64,000 nucleotides of DNA from the human T2T-CHM13v2.0 reference genome, Homo sapiens. The DNA is taken from the NCBI RefSeq assembly GCF_009914755.1, contig NC_060925.1; one strand, written 5' to 3'. Position numbers and translations under genes: made by a program. Within the stretch, counting starts at the first letter, position 1. Each line of letters begins with the position of its first letter. Below are positions 15,146 to 29,854 of the stretch, in pieces. A model generated the notes under the pieces. It had not been told where the DNA came from, did no database searches, and was given only the letters and a program-made list of their open reading frames with translations.

Positions 15146-15397
15146 CTTTCTGATCATGAAGACATAAATCACTGGATTGTATACAGTGTTCGATTTAGCA
15201 AAGAGGTACGAAACAATAGATATTGTTGGAGTGACCAGGTGACCATGACCATTAACCACCAAGAAGCAGATCACGATATAAGGCATCCAACAGACCAGGA
15301 AGGTGAATATCATTAAAAAGCACATTTTGGCCAGTTTCTTTTCATATTTTAAAATCTTGATCACTTGAATTGTCTGAAGATCTTCCACACAACGAAG
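15146..15397 (-). CDS. OPN3: OPN3 exon 3 (TM6-TM7, retinal-binding Lys299, NPVIY motif)
   Basis: ctgcag|CTT, AAG|gtaagc, 252 nt; CWMPY and [13 protein letters not shown] motifs; Lys codon at 15196-15194. Confidence 0.98.
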
Positions 15398-16635
15398 CTG
15401 CAGAAAGGAGAAAGAAAGGAAAGGGCTTAAAAAACAAAAGAAGGGTTTCTTTTGTTGTTTTTATAACAGATATTCAGACACCATTCTTGGCCCCACCTAA
15501 ATGGAAAGAGAACTGAATGGCACCTTGGCAGGCTGACTTCTGATCCAAGACTCATAGCTGAGTCCAGCTTTAACCTTGCCGGGCCTCAGTCTCCCCACTT
15601 ACAACATAGGGTGGTTGAGCTACAGAGCCTCCTACATCCTTCAGTGTTTTTTTTGACGTTCTCTTATTTACTTAATAAGAATAACATTATTTTGCCTAGA
15701 TCTTCAAGTCTCTAAAAGACAGCCTGAGAGAGTCACGATAAAATGCAAAGAATTTCCCCGTGATCCTGGAAACTCTATAGAGTGTTAGTCCTCCAGTTCT
15801 CAAATCAGACTGCACACCCATGTCATGTCAGGTGTTCTGCATGATTAAGCCTGCAGCTGGCCTTGATGAGCACTTAATTCCCAAGTGAATTCTTACTGAA
15901 AACCAGCTTTTCAATTCACTGCTAATGACTGTAAAGTAGAATTTCAGGAGAAATTTGTTTGTGATTGGCTTCATTAGGGGATCACTTGCAGAGAACAGCA
16001 CTTGGTAAAACAACTCCTTCCTCTAAAACCAGCCTGTCTACTCGCAGTCTGTTCCCATTAAAGGGATGGAGGAGTAATGATGTACAGCCTGAAAGTTCTT
16101 TGAGTTTCTTGAATATGTTTCTTTTTGCTGTTTCTCCTATTATTATATATGTGTCATAATAATACACAGGCAAAGAATATTTCTGCACACCAAAAATGTG
16201 TTCCTAAATCAAAATAGTTCTCTCTAAACATTGTAATAAGTTATATGAATTATACTACAAAAATACAAATACTCTATATATTGATTTTTTAAGTAGTTAG
16301 CATATAGTTAATACTTAGTATTGATTACTTTATGCCTGGAAATTTACTGCATTTCAATGAACTCTAAGTGTACCTTTTGGTTCTAGCATTATCATAAAAA
16401 TTAAGAGAAAGAATTTCCAAAGAAATCATTTAGAACATGTGCTTAGATTATTTAGAAATATATTTTAATTAAAATTCTCAAATTACTGATATCCAAAATT
16501 ATATTTAAGAAATTATATTCTTATCAAAATCATGTATTCAGATTAGCAAAGAATAAATAGGAAAAATTTAAATCATTGATTTTTTTAGGGTAGAGAGACT
16601 ATGTGCAGGGAAAAGTGGGTATTAAATTTCTGGTA

Positions 16636-16939
16636 TTAGTTTGGTGCAAAAGTAATTGTGGTTTTTGCCATTAAAGGTAAACCTTTGAAGGTCACCTTAT
16701 TTAAAGGTAAATAATATTCCTTTACCACTATGCCAATTACTTTAAAAAATCAATATATAAAGTATTTGTATTTTTGTAGTAAAATTCATATAACTTATTA
16801 CAATGTTCAGAGATAACTATTTTTATTTAGGAACATATTTTTGGTGTGCAGAAAGGTAAATAATTTACCTTTAAAAAAGGTTACCTTTAAAGGTTTACCT
16901 TTAACGGCAAAAACCGCAATTACTTTTGCACCAACCGAA
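16636..16939. mobile_element. MADE1/Hsmar1-type mariner element with expanded arms and captured interior
   Basis: TA dinucleotides at 16634-35 and 16940-41; TIR ttggtgcaaaagtaattg(c/t)ggtttttgcc at both ends. Confidence 0.92.
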
Positions 16940-18816
16940 TACTACTATTCTGTGTGTGCAATTCTATTTTAAAAGAAACTGTTTTATTTAATGGGATAGA
17001 ATATTTTTCTATTTTCAAAACATCATTTTGGGGGAGCTTCCCTAGTTTATAGGAAGGCTGTGGGGTTTTGATAAAAGGTCTAGATTTGGAATTAGAAGAT
17101 CTAAGTTTATATCCCAGATTAACCACTTTTGCTCGCAGTGTGATATTGAGCAAGTCAACAACCTCCTCTAAGAGTAAACAAGAAAGGAGGTAAAGCAAAA
17201 AAACCTATGAGAATTAACAGAACTTGAGTTCCATTTCCACACGTATGACTTTGTGGGGTTGTTTTTGAGGTTAAATACTTATTTATATTTGAACTAGATA
17301 TGAGACTAACACACTTGTATGTATATGTACATTTATGATACTATAGGATATCTGGAATCATTATTGACTCTTCAGAGTTTCAATTAACAAGCAACATAAC
17401 CACATCTCAGTTATCTGCCTCCCAAACCTCCAGTATTTAGGTCCAATCGTTTTATCTGTACCATTTTCTGGGCAGGTCAGTCTTTATCCCCTCTCGCCAT
17501 TTATCAAAGGAGAACACTCATTTATCCATCTTGGAATTACATGCATGCTGGGGAAATTAATTTAAATAAATGTTTGTCTATACATCCCCAGTTCCTCTTT
17601 GGGATAAGGAGAAGATATTGACTAATGTTTTAGATTATTTGGGTTTATATATGTGAAGTTTTCATGATTATTTTTTATTTATCTTTTTCAGGCCTCTTTC
17701 TTTCATTACTTTCTATTCCTTCATTCTGCTCATTAAATATTTTCCAAATAAAAAACTCGATTTCATGTCTTACCCTCTTTATTCAATCATTTGAGGATAG
17801 TTTTCAAAATTGCTATGGATGAAGCAATTTTGAAATGATTGGCACAGGCACAAATTTGTCCTAAAGAATGAACCAGCTAAGACAAATTCTTCAGAATTCT
17901 CTATCAGATTGTTCTCTGGCTGTATAAATGGCTGGTGCCTAGTGCTCCTTAATCCAAGACATCTGTAGATTTTCAAAGAATTTCACTGTGAATCTTCATT
18001 CTCAAGTGTGTAGCTATGTCTCCATCGTTGTTATGAGTCACCTCTCTCTGAATAAGGAAACGGAGGCAAATTACTTGCAGTGAGCTCTCTGTTTAGATAG
18101 CAGCTAAAGTCAAATCTCTTCACACTTTCACCCCTTCTCCTGTCTTCCCCTTTCTATGCCCTCTGCTTGTAACTCATTCCAAAAATAGTCACTGATTACC
18201 TACTACATGCAGACACTGTTCCAGTCACAGGTGAGAAAATACATAAGACCCAGTCTCTGCTCTTGAGGAATTCACTATTTGGTGAGGATGATGCACACTG
18301 AGCGGGTAGAAGCCATGAGGGAGGTAAACAGGGAGGATATGGTAGTACACAGGATGGGAAACTGGTTCTGAGGGTGGGTTAGAGCAAGAAAATCGTGCTG
18401 TTAGCCTTGTGAGGGAAGGAGGAATTAGTCAAGTAAGGAGGAGAGACAGAATGTTCCAGAGAAAGAAAGTGTGCTAAGACAAGAGGCAAAATAAAAAGTC
18501 AGTTTCTGAAAACAAGAAATATTACCATTGGCCGCATCATGAGGTGGCAAGAAGACAGGAGTGTCAAGAAATGAGGCTGGACAGGTAGACAGGAGATGCC
18601 ATACAGGACCTGCCGGCCACACCCAGGGGCTTTATTTTGAGTCACAAAGACAGTGGAACTTCTGAAGGTAATACTTGAGAACAACTACTCTGATGGCAGT
18701 GTGTAAAGAATGGAATAGAGGAAAGCAAAAATTTTAAAAAGGAGAACTAAGTTTTTTTTTTTTAACTGAGTCTGTGGCAGTGGGAGAGGAAAAAATGGAT
18801 ATACCAAAAAATATAG

Positions 18817-19231
<415 letters not shown>

Positions 19232-19844
19232 TTACTCCCTAATTTCTGGTCTTGGTATCTAGGAATGATGACTATTCAATGAGAAAGCAAATAGACGAGC
19301 AGAAGATTTTAGGGAAAATATGACAAATTAATCTTTATATTTGTTAAATTTGATGAGTCTGTGGACCATCCAAGTGGAGGTGTTCAAGAGGCAATTGACT
19401 ACGAGGATCTGTTAGAGGCTGGAAGAAAGACCTGAACTGGAAATGGAGATGTTATCAAGCTTGTGTCAGAAGGAGAAATCCTGGCAGTATGAAAGACCAC
19501 CCAAGGCCAGTGTGTAGCATGGGACAAGAGCTAAACATAGGATGCTGGGGAGGCCCAAAGAAGAGAAGCCCTTGGAAGAGATAAGAAGATGGCGCCAGAG
19601 AGTCAGCAACAAAGACAGCAGAGAAAGGCGCCCTAGAATCGATGGCAGGAGACCACCACAAGAAAGTAGAAGTTGGCAATAGTCTCAAACGCTGAGGATG
19701 CTAGAAAGGAATAAAAATGTGTCCATGGGATCACATATCTGGGAGCTCATCAATGACCTGAAATGAGGGCTGTATTAGTGGCAGTGCGGTAGAGGAAGGA
19801 GTCACAAGTTTGCCTTAAGTTGAGGAATGAATGCTAGATAAACT

Positions 19845-20257
19845 TACTAAACTACCAACTCCCTGAACTACAACAGAAATGTATTTCTCACAGTTCTGGA
19901 GGCTGGGAAGTCCCAGGTAGAGTAGCTGGCAAGGTAGGTATCATTCTGAGGCCTCCTCTCTTGACTGTTATCTCACTGTGTGCTTCCATGTTCTCTTATT
20001 TATGCACTCGTGGGAAGACAGAAAGAGAGACAGAGAGAGAGAGATAGAGATAGAGAGAGAGAGAGAAAGAGCAAGCTTTCTGGTGTCTCTTCTTACAAGG
20101 ACACTAATCCCCTAATCCCATCAGACCAGAGCCCCATCCTCATGACCTCCTCTGACCCTAATTACCTCCCAAGGCCCCATCCCCAAATACTGTCACATCG
20201 GTGGTTAGAGATTCCACGTAGGAATCTGAGAGGGACACAAACATTCAGTCTATAACA
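19845..20257 (-). mobile_element. MLT1 (ERVL-MaLR) LTR with internal (GA)n
   Basis: caacagaaatgtatttctcacagttctggaggctgggaagtcc...taattacctcccaaggcccc...acacaaacattcagtctataaca. Confidence 0.85.
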
Positions 20258-21653
20258 GCAAGAAATTGGCATATTTGATATGCTCAATAAATATCAGGTA
20301 AATGAATGCTTAGTGAGTGACATTGTGGCACCAAGAGTCACCAATGGTTCTTTGAGTTAGCAGTGACAAAATGGAGAAAAATAAAGTGATAGCTAGAGGG
20401 AGCTGAGAGTAGATTGTGATTAAAAACAAAATAGCCTGGTAATATGCTAAAGGGAAAGGGCCAGTGGTAAGGGAGAGTGTGAAGATACAAGGGAAAGAGA
20501 AAATTATTAAGAAGTGTCTCTGGGGCATGGAAGGGGGTGGGGGAGCAATCAGAATACAGAATCGAGTTGGTCCTGGGAGACCTCTCCTGTCGCCCTGTAA
20601 CTGAAGAGAGAGTCCTAAGAATCAGTGGTTTGTGTAAAGAGAGGTAAGGAGTCAAAGGAACCCTTGATAATGGCTTTGTTTGGTCCGATAAATCAGAAGC
20701 AGACTTACTTGATAAGAATGAGAGGAGACAGTAGGGTGAGAAATTAAAATGAGAAATGAGTCTGTGTAATAGTCACAGTGTGGAGACAGTAGACCACACA
20801 TACAGGGATAGAAAGGTTGGTAGAACAAGGCTGAGAGGACATCTAAGTGTAGACAGATGTGTTTTGTTTTTTTTTTTCCAGCTCCTCCTTGCAGTTTGAC
20901 TACAGGCATAGAGAAAATAGATGATTGAACTGATCTAGGGATTTTGTCTTTAACAAAGTTGGCATATGTAAAGAATGTAGAAACAAATGATTTAAAGTGA
21001 TGCATGTAGCTAAGTCCGATTTTTTAAAAAGGTGAAAGTTAGAAGGGTTTGACGGAGTGAGCAAGAGACTAGAGACAGAAGCAGAGAATAGAGTTGGAAG
21101 AATCAGTGAATGAGGAAGGAAACATCCATGGCCAAAGCTAGAGACTGGGAAGTGGAGCCTGTTCCACACTGGGTTTGAGTTCAAACTGGAAAGTTCTTGT
21201 TGGCACCCAACGTGAAATTGTTTGTGGTCAGTTCTTACCCTTTATGACTCTGGTGTGATCGCCAAACAAAACATCTGTGCTGTTCTCTAGTCAAATTCAT
21301 ATGACCTCTGAATAAACAAAGTTATGGGAAGTGTGGAGTTCCCTCTTTTAAATTCTTAAATTTTAAGAGTGTTGGATAATGTAGGGTTTTTTGGTTGCTG
21401 ATTTTGTCAGTCAGAAGATTTTTCTTTCCTTCTTTTGGTTGAGAGAGGGATGTAGAGAGAGTAAATGCTATTCCGCATTGATCTTTCCAGAGAGTGACTC
21501 ATAGCATAAAATTCAACCAGATGGGAAGTCCCCTAGAACTGCTCTACCTCTGGGCAACTACTGATGACATAGGAAGACTTTCATTATTTTCCAGACAAAA
21601 TTTTCTACCCTGGATGTGGTTTGGGAGGGGGGCATCTGTAGTCTTCAACTCAC

Positions 21654-21973
21654 CATTCGAATGGAATATAGAATATGGCCATAGCAATGGGCTATGACAC
21701 CCAGGGGCACCACCAGGCAGCCAAGAAATAAGAAAAGCACAAAGGAGGAATCGTTGGCATCCTTGGATTTCCAGTCCACAGTGCAGCCTAGTCCGTGTAC
21801 GTCCAGGATGTACCTGTTCCATCCCAGGAGAGGTGCTCCTGCCCACGCCAGTGAGTAGAGCCAGATGTAGGTAATGGCCCTCCAGGCCCAGGAAAAATTG
21901 ATCACTCTGGCATGGACCACGCGAATGTAACGTTCATAGGCCAGCACGGTTAGGGTGGCAATGGAAACAATCC
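21654..21973 (-). CDS. OPN3: OPN3 exon 2 (ERY motif, TM4, ECL2, TM5)
   Basis: cttgcag|GG, ATG|gtgagt, 320 nt; LAYERY and PLLGWNRY..D...GCTVDW opsin motifs. Confidence 0.98.
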
Positions 21974-22169
21974 CTGCAAGAAGAGAAAGTGGAAAAGTAT
22001 AGCATGGTGCAGGGGGAAACCAGGCATAAGAGACGTGATACATTCTCCACTGGAAATACCTTACAGAGTATCTGAGATCGATAGAGTGCTCTCAAAGCCA
22101 AGAGTAATAGTGTCTATAGTCCCAAGGAAATTATACTGAAAATAGTTATCCATAAAAGGAACCACAGAA

Positions 22170-22480
22170 GGGCAGTCAGTGGCTCACGCCTGTAATCCTA
22201 ACACTTTGGGAGGCTGAGGTGGGAGGATTGCTTGAGCCTAGGAGTTCAAGACCAGCCTGGACAACATGGCAAGCCCTGTCTTTACAAAAGATACAAAAAT
22301 TAGCCAGATGTGGTGCCATACGCCTGTGGTCCCAGCTACTCAGGAGGCTGAGGCAGGAGGGTTGCTTGAGCCCAGAGAGGTCGAGGTTGCAGTGAGCTGA
22401 GATTGCGCCACTGCACACCAGCCTGGGCAACAGAGCCAGACCTTATCTCAAAAAAAAAAAAAAAAATAAAATAAAATAAA
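22170..22480 (+). mobile_element. AluJ-like element
   Basis: Dimeric Alu with A tail. Confidence 0.93.
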
Positions 22481-23658
22481 ATGGAAAATGCCATGCAGAT
22501 TAAAAAAAGATTAGACAAAAATTAAAAGCCCTAAATCAGCCCCACCCCAAAGATGCCCCTATTGTATTAAACTTTCTCCTGAAGAGAAATTCCAGAACGA
22601 GTAAGGGAGAGTCACTAGAGCAAGTGTCTCTTTTAGTTTACCTTCTCTTGGCTGTCTCTGACTCAGCTATTAGAGGTAAAGTCAAAGGGGGTTGCAAAAG
22701 CTCAAGCTGAATGAAGTAGCAGTAGAATGATGCAGAGGACTGCCGTAACCTGCGTACTACCAGCAGATGTCAGCATACAAACTGTTCACACACAAGGATT
22801 GCTGACAGGGGTCAGGGGGTCTTCTGGGCTTGCATGGGCTTCACGTATACCGCTATTTTGCAACAAGTCCGCTTTAATGATACTGTTTGTATATTTCTCT
22901 GTCACCTTCAGAGAGTAAGGTACTCACTTAACAAGCACCTACTATGTGCCAGGCACTGTGCAGTGGATGGCCCATGGTGACTAAGAGACAGAACTCTAGA
23001 TGTCTGAAGGGAATGTACGTGTGTAAACACTGACAATGACCATGCAATGTGTGAATGCTACCACTGCCACACAATGGATTGGAGACACAGAAAGGGAAGC
23101 ATTTGCACACAAGGCAGAAACACATTCCAGGAAGAGTGAAGAAATATGTACCAGAGCATGGAGACGTAAAAGGACACCAAGGGGTCTATAAACGATGATT
23201 CAAAGATGTCAGGGCTCACAGGAGATGGAAAGAGAAATTTAGAGAGAGCCACATTGACAAAGGCTTTTAACTTCTAGCTAACGTTTGTGTTATTTTAATT
23301 TTTTTTATTTTTTAACCTTTTCCTCTATGAAATAGTAAATTATGAATCTGTTACTCTCTTGTCCTTTTACATCATTAGATTCCCCTTTTCCTCCTCCTCC
23401 TTTTTCTTCAGTAGTGAATGCTCATTCTGGCAGTAGTAGAGAATGTAAAACACGATTGGAGGCCATGGAAACCAACTTGAAGGCTATTGCAACAGCAGGC
23501 GAGACATGATGGGACCTCAGCTAGGATGACATTAAAAGGCATGAACAACAAAGTCTGGATTCCAGAAACATTTAGCAACTGGTATCAACAGAATCTATCT
23601 GCTTATCGAATGTGAGGCGTGAGGGGCGAGAGGAGTTAAAAGTAACTTTGAGGTTTTT

Positions 23659-24157
<499 letters not shown>

Positions 24158-24621
24158 TCAAATGAAGAATGAAAATAAGACTGGTCTCCTGAGAAGTAAG
24201 GGAGAAAAGGGTGTGGGTGGCAAACGGGTTAAGAGGCCTGGAGGCAAGTCCCAGCTCCCCACGAAATAGCTCTGTAACTTTCAGCAAATCAAACAATCTC
24301 TTTTTGTTTTCATAAAATTGAAAATCCCTTCATATTTTAACATTTCACGATTCTGCAATTAATAAGAATGAAATACAGAGGTGCTGGACTCAGAAAGCAA
24401 TTGGTATAACATAGTTAATATTCATTTATACCATGACAGGTTTGTTCTTCTGTGGGAGTTGGAGGGTGGGGAGCAATATTATTCCCAGTGTCTCACACAC
24501 ATGGCATCCAATAAATGTTCTTTGAATTAATAAGCGAAATTTACTAAATACTCAAGTGACCGGAAGAAGATTGGGTTTTGGAATCAAGTGGAAGAAAATA
24601 CTTCAGAGAATAATGGTATAA

Positions 24622-24904
<283 letters not shown>

Positions 24905-25202
24905 GACAGACAGACAGACAGACAGAGAGCAAGAAGGAAGGAAGGAAGAAAGAAAGAAAGAAAAGAAAGAAAGAAAGGAAGAAAGAGAGAAAGGAGGGAA
25001 GGAAGGAAGAAAAAGAAAAAGAAAGAAAGAAGAAAGAAGAAAGAAAGAAAGAAAAAGGAAGAAAGAGAGAAAGGAGGGAAGGAAGGAAGGAAGAGAAAGA
25101 AAGAGGAAGAGAAAGGAGGGAAGGAAGGAAGGAAGAAAGAAAGAGAAAGGAGGGAAGGAAGGAAGAAAGGAAGGAAGGGAAAAGGAAAGAAAAAGAAAGA
25201 AA
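24905..25202. repeat. (GACA)n then about 270 bp purine-only (GAAA/GGAA)n tract
   Basis: Direct reading; expanded Alu tail. Confidence 0.97.
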
Positions 25203-28200
25203 GTAATGATATAATAGCAAATATAGCAAATAATGGATTTAATTCAAATCACAGTAGTGATTATTGGGACAATGAAAGTATCAAGGTAGATGACTTTCAT
25301 ATTCAGAAGTCTATTTTTACCTTATTAAATTTTTATCTAAAAAGTGATATTATCCTTTCTTTACCTGATTAGATTCCTAGAAAAAAAAATCTAAAAACCT
25401 AAAGAAAATGACATAAGTTGACGCTAATGAAATACTGTTGGTTTTACGTAGTTTACAAACTTTCTTATTAAGTATAATGGTATTTACTTTTATAACTGCC
25501 TTTATGTGTTAAAACATAGTTTGGCACTCAACTTTTAGTTGATTTACATTGAATACGATTTAGTCTTTCATAGGCAAGAAAACTCAGTACAAATAATTGC
25601 ACTGTTGTAAATTAGTAAATTTCAATGTACCTTAGAGAGGAATAAATGAGTTCTTATGGTGAAAGCAATAAGCTGGTAAAATAAGCTGGTATGAGCATAT
25701 CATGTTCATATATTCATTCATTCATTTAGTCATTACTTATTGCTTGTGATGTTTCAGTCACTGTGCTAGAAAATAAATATAAAGAGGTGAGTGAAACCAA
25801 CCCTCATGGCCTTAAGGTCCAGTGGGTAAGAGAGACAATAAAAAAACAAATCAAACAAGCAAATCAGTGCAGTGCTATGAAGAATAGAGAGTGCAGGGAT
25901 AGAGGATAATGTGAGGCATGGTGGGAAGGACACAGAAAGGGACGCAGCTGCTATTGGCAGGCTGTCAGGAAAAGACCCATTGCACTCAGAGCTGAAGTAT
26001 GAAAAATCCCAGCCTTGTGATAAGTCAGGGTGCAAGAGGTTAGTAACACTTTCCTTCTGGTTATTTTGGTCAAAGAGACTTTAACATTTACTAATATCGT
26101 TTTTGATCAAGCCTGTGTCTTAGCAAGCACAATGAGTTTCAGGTGCCTGATTTCAGCTGTTATGTACCATGACATGTTAGTACAGATCTAGCAAACCTTG
26201 TATTTCCCAAGTCCTCCCTGATAGCATGAGCATATAACTGAGTGGCAGCATGAGTCAGACTGACTTAGTCTTCGAGGGTAACCCAACTGAAATGATCTAA
26301 TCTACATCTTCCTTGCAAAATATGCAGCCCTTCTCCCATCAATGCTTTATTTACTAACAAATTTTGGTCTTGAGTTGGAATTAATTGCTGTATTTTATTT
26401 GATTCCCACAACACTCCACCAGGAGGATAAGAATGAAAGGACTGTCTTACAACTACTTTAGACCTTTAACTGATGTTGAGCCTTATTAACGCAAATAAAA
26501 ACTACATGGTACATGAGCAGATATGAGGAAGACAACCAAATTCTACTTCAAATGGTGCATCCATTTCCGTGAACACTGAAAAGCAATGGGAATGATGAGT
26601 GCTGCAAACTGGGTGCCGGTTATGCACCAGGTCCCATGATCATCACTCCACATATGATATGCACTCTTTTGGAAAGAAGGTCTGTGGCTCCAAGGGTTAA
26701 GGAATTGATGTCTCCACCAACAGGTGGTGGAGACAGTTTTGAGAACCCAAGACTTACTCCAAATCCTGTGATTTTGTCTTAATACCACCTGCCGCCACTA
26801 AAGGGTGACTTCTACCTCTCCACAAATTCTACCAGTGGTAAAGTGATGTCTGTGCCTTCGCTGCAAAGCTGCAGATGGATCAGGTATGTGCCTATCACTG
26901 TGCTGAGTAGGTCTTTTGGAGAAACCAGAGACATGTGGTCCTACCCTCAAGAAGACTGCAATACTGTATTTTTATATCACACACAACATTACAGAACAAT
27001 GTAAGATGATATGTGATCATATGTCAAAGTTATGGTGCAAAAACAAACCAGAAAAAGTAAAATCCCAGTGGACTACTGGCTTCATTCAGAGATAAAGCTT
27101 AAGTTGGGTTATAAAAGATGGAATAGGTGTTAAGGAACAGAAAGGAATGAAATGGGCATTTCTAGCTGAAGCCTCCTTGAATTATTGCAAGAGTGCCTTG
27201 GACTCTGGGGTGTGGAGCCAGGACCAAGAGGTGGGAAGGTCAGTCACTACAGGGGATGGCGCAAAGCTGATCTGCCTTCCATGGCTGTCCATGGTCCACA
27301 GCAGGGATAGTCCATCTTTTTCTTACTGTTTTCCCTAATAGAATTTTGAAAAACTATGTATACAACCATATTTAAACTGTGACATCTACATTTTTTGTCT
27401 TAAGTTTAAAGAATTGTGTAATATAAACATTTCAAAATTGGAACCATTGGAAAGGGCTTATGTACCCCCCAGCGGTTTTGAAGACAGCGGTCTGTAAAAT
27501 CAAATCTCGTTGGCATATCATTAGGCTTTGCCTAAGCTTGCTGCAACGGGATACACACCATGCCCAGGCTGCAAACTGCCCGGCATGTTCACTCAGAGCT
27601 GGCAGCTTTGATACTGCTGTTCCTTCTGCCTGAATTGCTGCCAAAGATCTCACAGTCTGGAGAAGACAGATGTGTAAACAAACAATTACAGGAATGTGAT
27701 AAGAGTTAAACAAAGCTGTGTCGGGGAGCTGGAGAATGCAATGGAGGAAGTACTTATCTCTGCCTGGGGAAACACTGGGGAAGGTTTTAAGGGAAAGCAA
27801 CATTTGAATTGATGAACAGGAGAATTTTATCAAGTTGACAAGAGTGAGGATATTTCAAGGCCAAGGATACAGTATGTATAAAAGCACAGAAGTGAAAATA
27901 TATATTTAAATGTCTACTCTGTGCATCAGTTTGAGTCAAATAGTTCTTTCCGGTATAACTTAATGATTATACACTCATTTGCAATATTTATCAACAAACA
28001 CATGTCATACACATACTGTGTGTCAGGCACTGTGCTAGACAATAAGAAAAAAAGATGAATTATAAACAGAGAAGTAAACTACTATAAAACAATGTGATAA
28101 ATTCAGTAATAGAGACATATGTTTGAGGCCAAAAGTCCTGTATTCAATTCCAGTTTTCTCCATATTACCTAATGAATGTCGTCTGACTTCAGATCAATTT

Positions 28201-28568
28201 CATTTTTTTTCACATAATTACTCTGTGACCATGGGAAAATTAATTAACATCCCAGAATCTCAATTTGCTCACCAGTAAAACTGAGATAATAGTACCAAAA
28301 TGCTGTCTCATCGTGTGGGTGTGTGGCTGTATTAAATGAGAATATACATATGTTTAGTAAAGTGGTAATGTGTAAGGTATTATTATTATTACTGAATAGT
28401 TGAATATCTTGGAGCTAAATTGCTTTAAGTAGTAGAAAGTGGGTGGAAGGCATGGGAGTGGACAGGGCTCTGGAGGTTAAATATCAATACAACTCTGGAG
28501 CTTAAATATTAATACAAGGTGTGTTTATCAATATACAACTACCCAATAATACAGTTATTTTCTCACTT

Positions 28569-28587
28569 TGGCCACTAGATGGCCACA
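28569..28587 (+). promoter_or_regulatory. Candidate CTCF site TGGCCACTAGATGGCCACA
   Basis: Matches core CCASYAGRKGGC at every position. Confidence 0.55.
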
Positions 28588-29854
28588 TTGAATAGCTTAT
28601 TTATAGTTCAAGTATCTAGACTGGGGTAAGCAAGTTCACACTAAACAGAAGAGCGTGCTTCAAAAAAGGCCATGACCGAGACCTGTCAATCCTTATCTGT
28701 TGTATGAAAAGGTTACTATGACGAAACCCATGCCTTCAAGGAGCACATAATCCAGAGAAGGAGGTAGAAGGAGAAACTCTGCCTATAGTGGGAGGAGGAA
28801 CACCCAACTCAGGGTATTTTCTGTGGGAAGCAGGTACCACCTGAGTGAGTCTTAAAGATTAAGCACACTTTAACAAGGCCAAAAAAAAAAAAAAAAAATG
28901 ATGGGGAAGTGAAGTGACAGCCAATCCTCTTATCCTATTCCAGGAAGAGAAAACAGCTTATGTAAATACATGGAGATCTGACAGAGCTTGCACCATTTAG
29001 GTGCCTGCAAATAATTCAAAATGGTAGGACGGAGTTCTAAACAGAGAATGAAAAGACTAAGGACTCTCCTAGAAAACCCTTAAATGCCATGCGTGGAGCT
29101 TGGAATGTGTCCCGAGGGCTCTGAGGAGCCATTAAGCTGTTTTTGTTCACTTCCATTACAATACAATTCTAGAGAATTTTATTTTCTTTTGATTTTGCTT
29201 TTGGAGGTTTTCCTTATGGGAAGTTCCCTTGGGCTGCAATGAGGAAAATGGATTGTGAGCCAAGCCTGGTTCTAGGGAAACCTAGTGGAGAAATATGGTT
29301 ACTGTGATAAGGAATGAAACTGATGCAGTGGCACTAGGGAAGGAGAGACGAGGAAGGTCCACCATATTTAAGGAAGTTAATCTTTGTTGGCTGTGGGAAT
29401 GAATGAAGAAGAATCAAAGCAAGTCTTGGGTTACTGGTTTGTTATAATTAATAGCTGATGTTGCATTGACTTAGAAAAGAAATGGGAGAGAAGTAAATTT
29501 GGAAGTGAAGATGATTAGGGGATAACTTATGTCATCATAGATTCTCTGGATCATTTTGAACAATATCTGGATGGACTGTGTTTCAAATTCTCTACCTATA
29601 AAATGGGGCAACTGTAAATACCTGTCTTGTGGTCTTCAGAGTTGGCTGGGTGAATGAGCACACAGTAAAATCTTCCAAACTAAGTGGATGCATTTTTCTC
29701 AAATTAATGAAAATTTTGCTCACTCAAAAATATATCAATTTGTAGAAATTTAAAAAGATGCAGTTTAACTATTTTTGTTCACAGATAGTAATGGAAACAA
29801 AACTCTATGAAGATTGCTTAATAAAGATACTACTTTACTAAGTAGTGGTCTTTA

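Noticed and set aside
27282-27300. REST/NRSE-like gctgtccatggt
   Set aside because: Only a half-site; the GCTGAA half is absent
28468-28517. 25-bp tandem duplication (similar micro-duplications at about 14797, 25668 and 34021)
   Set aside because: Ordinary slippage duplications with no sign of function
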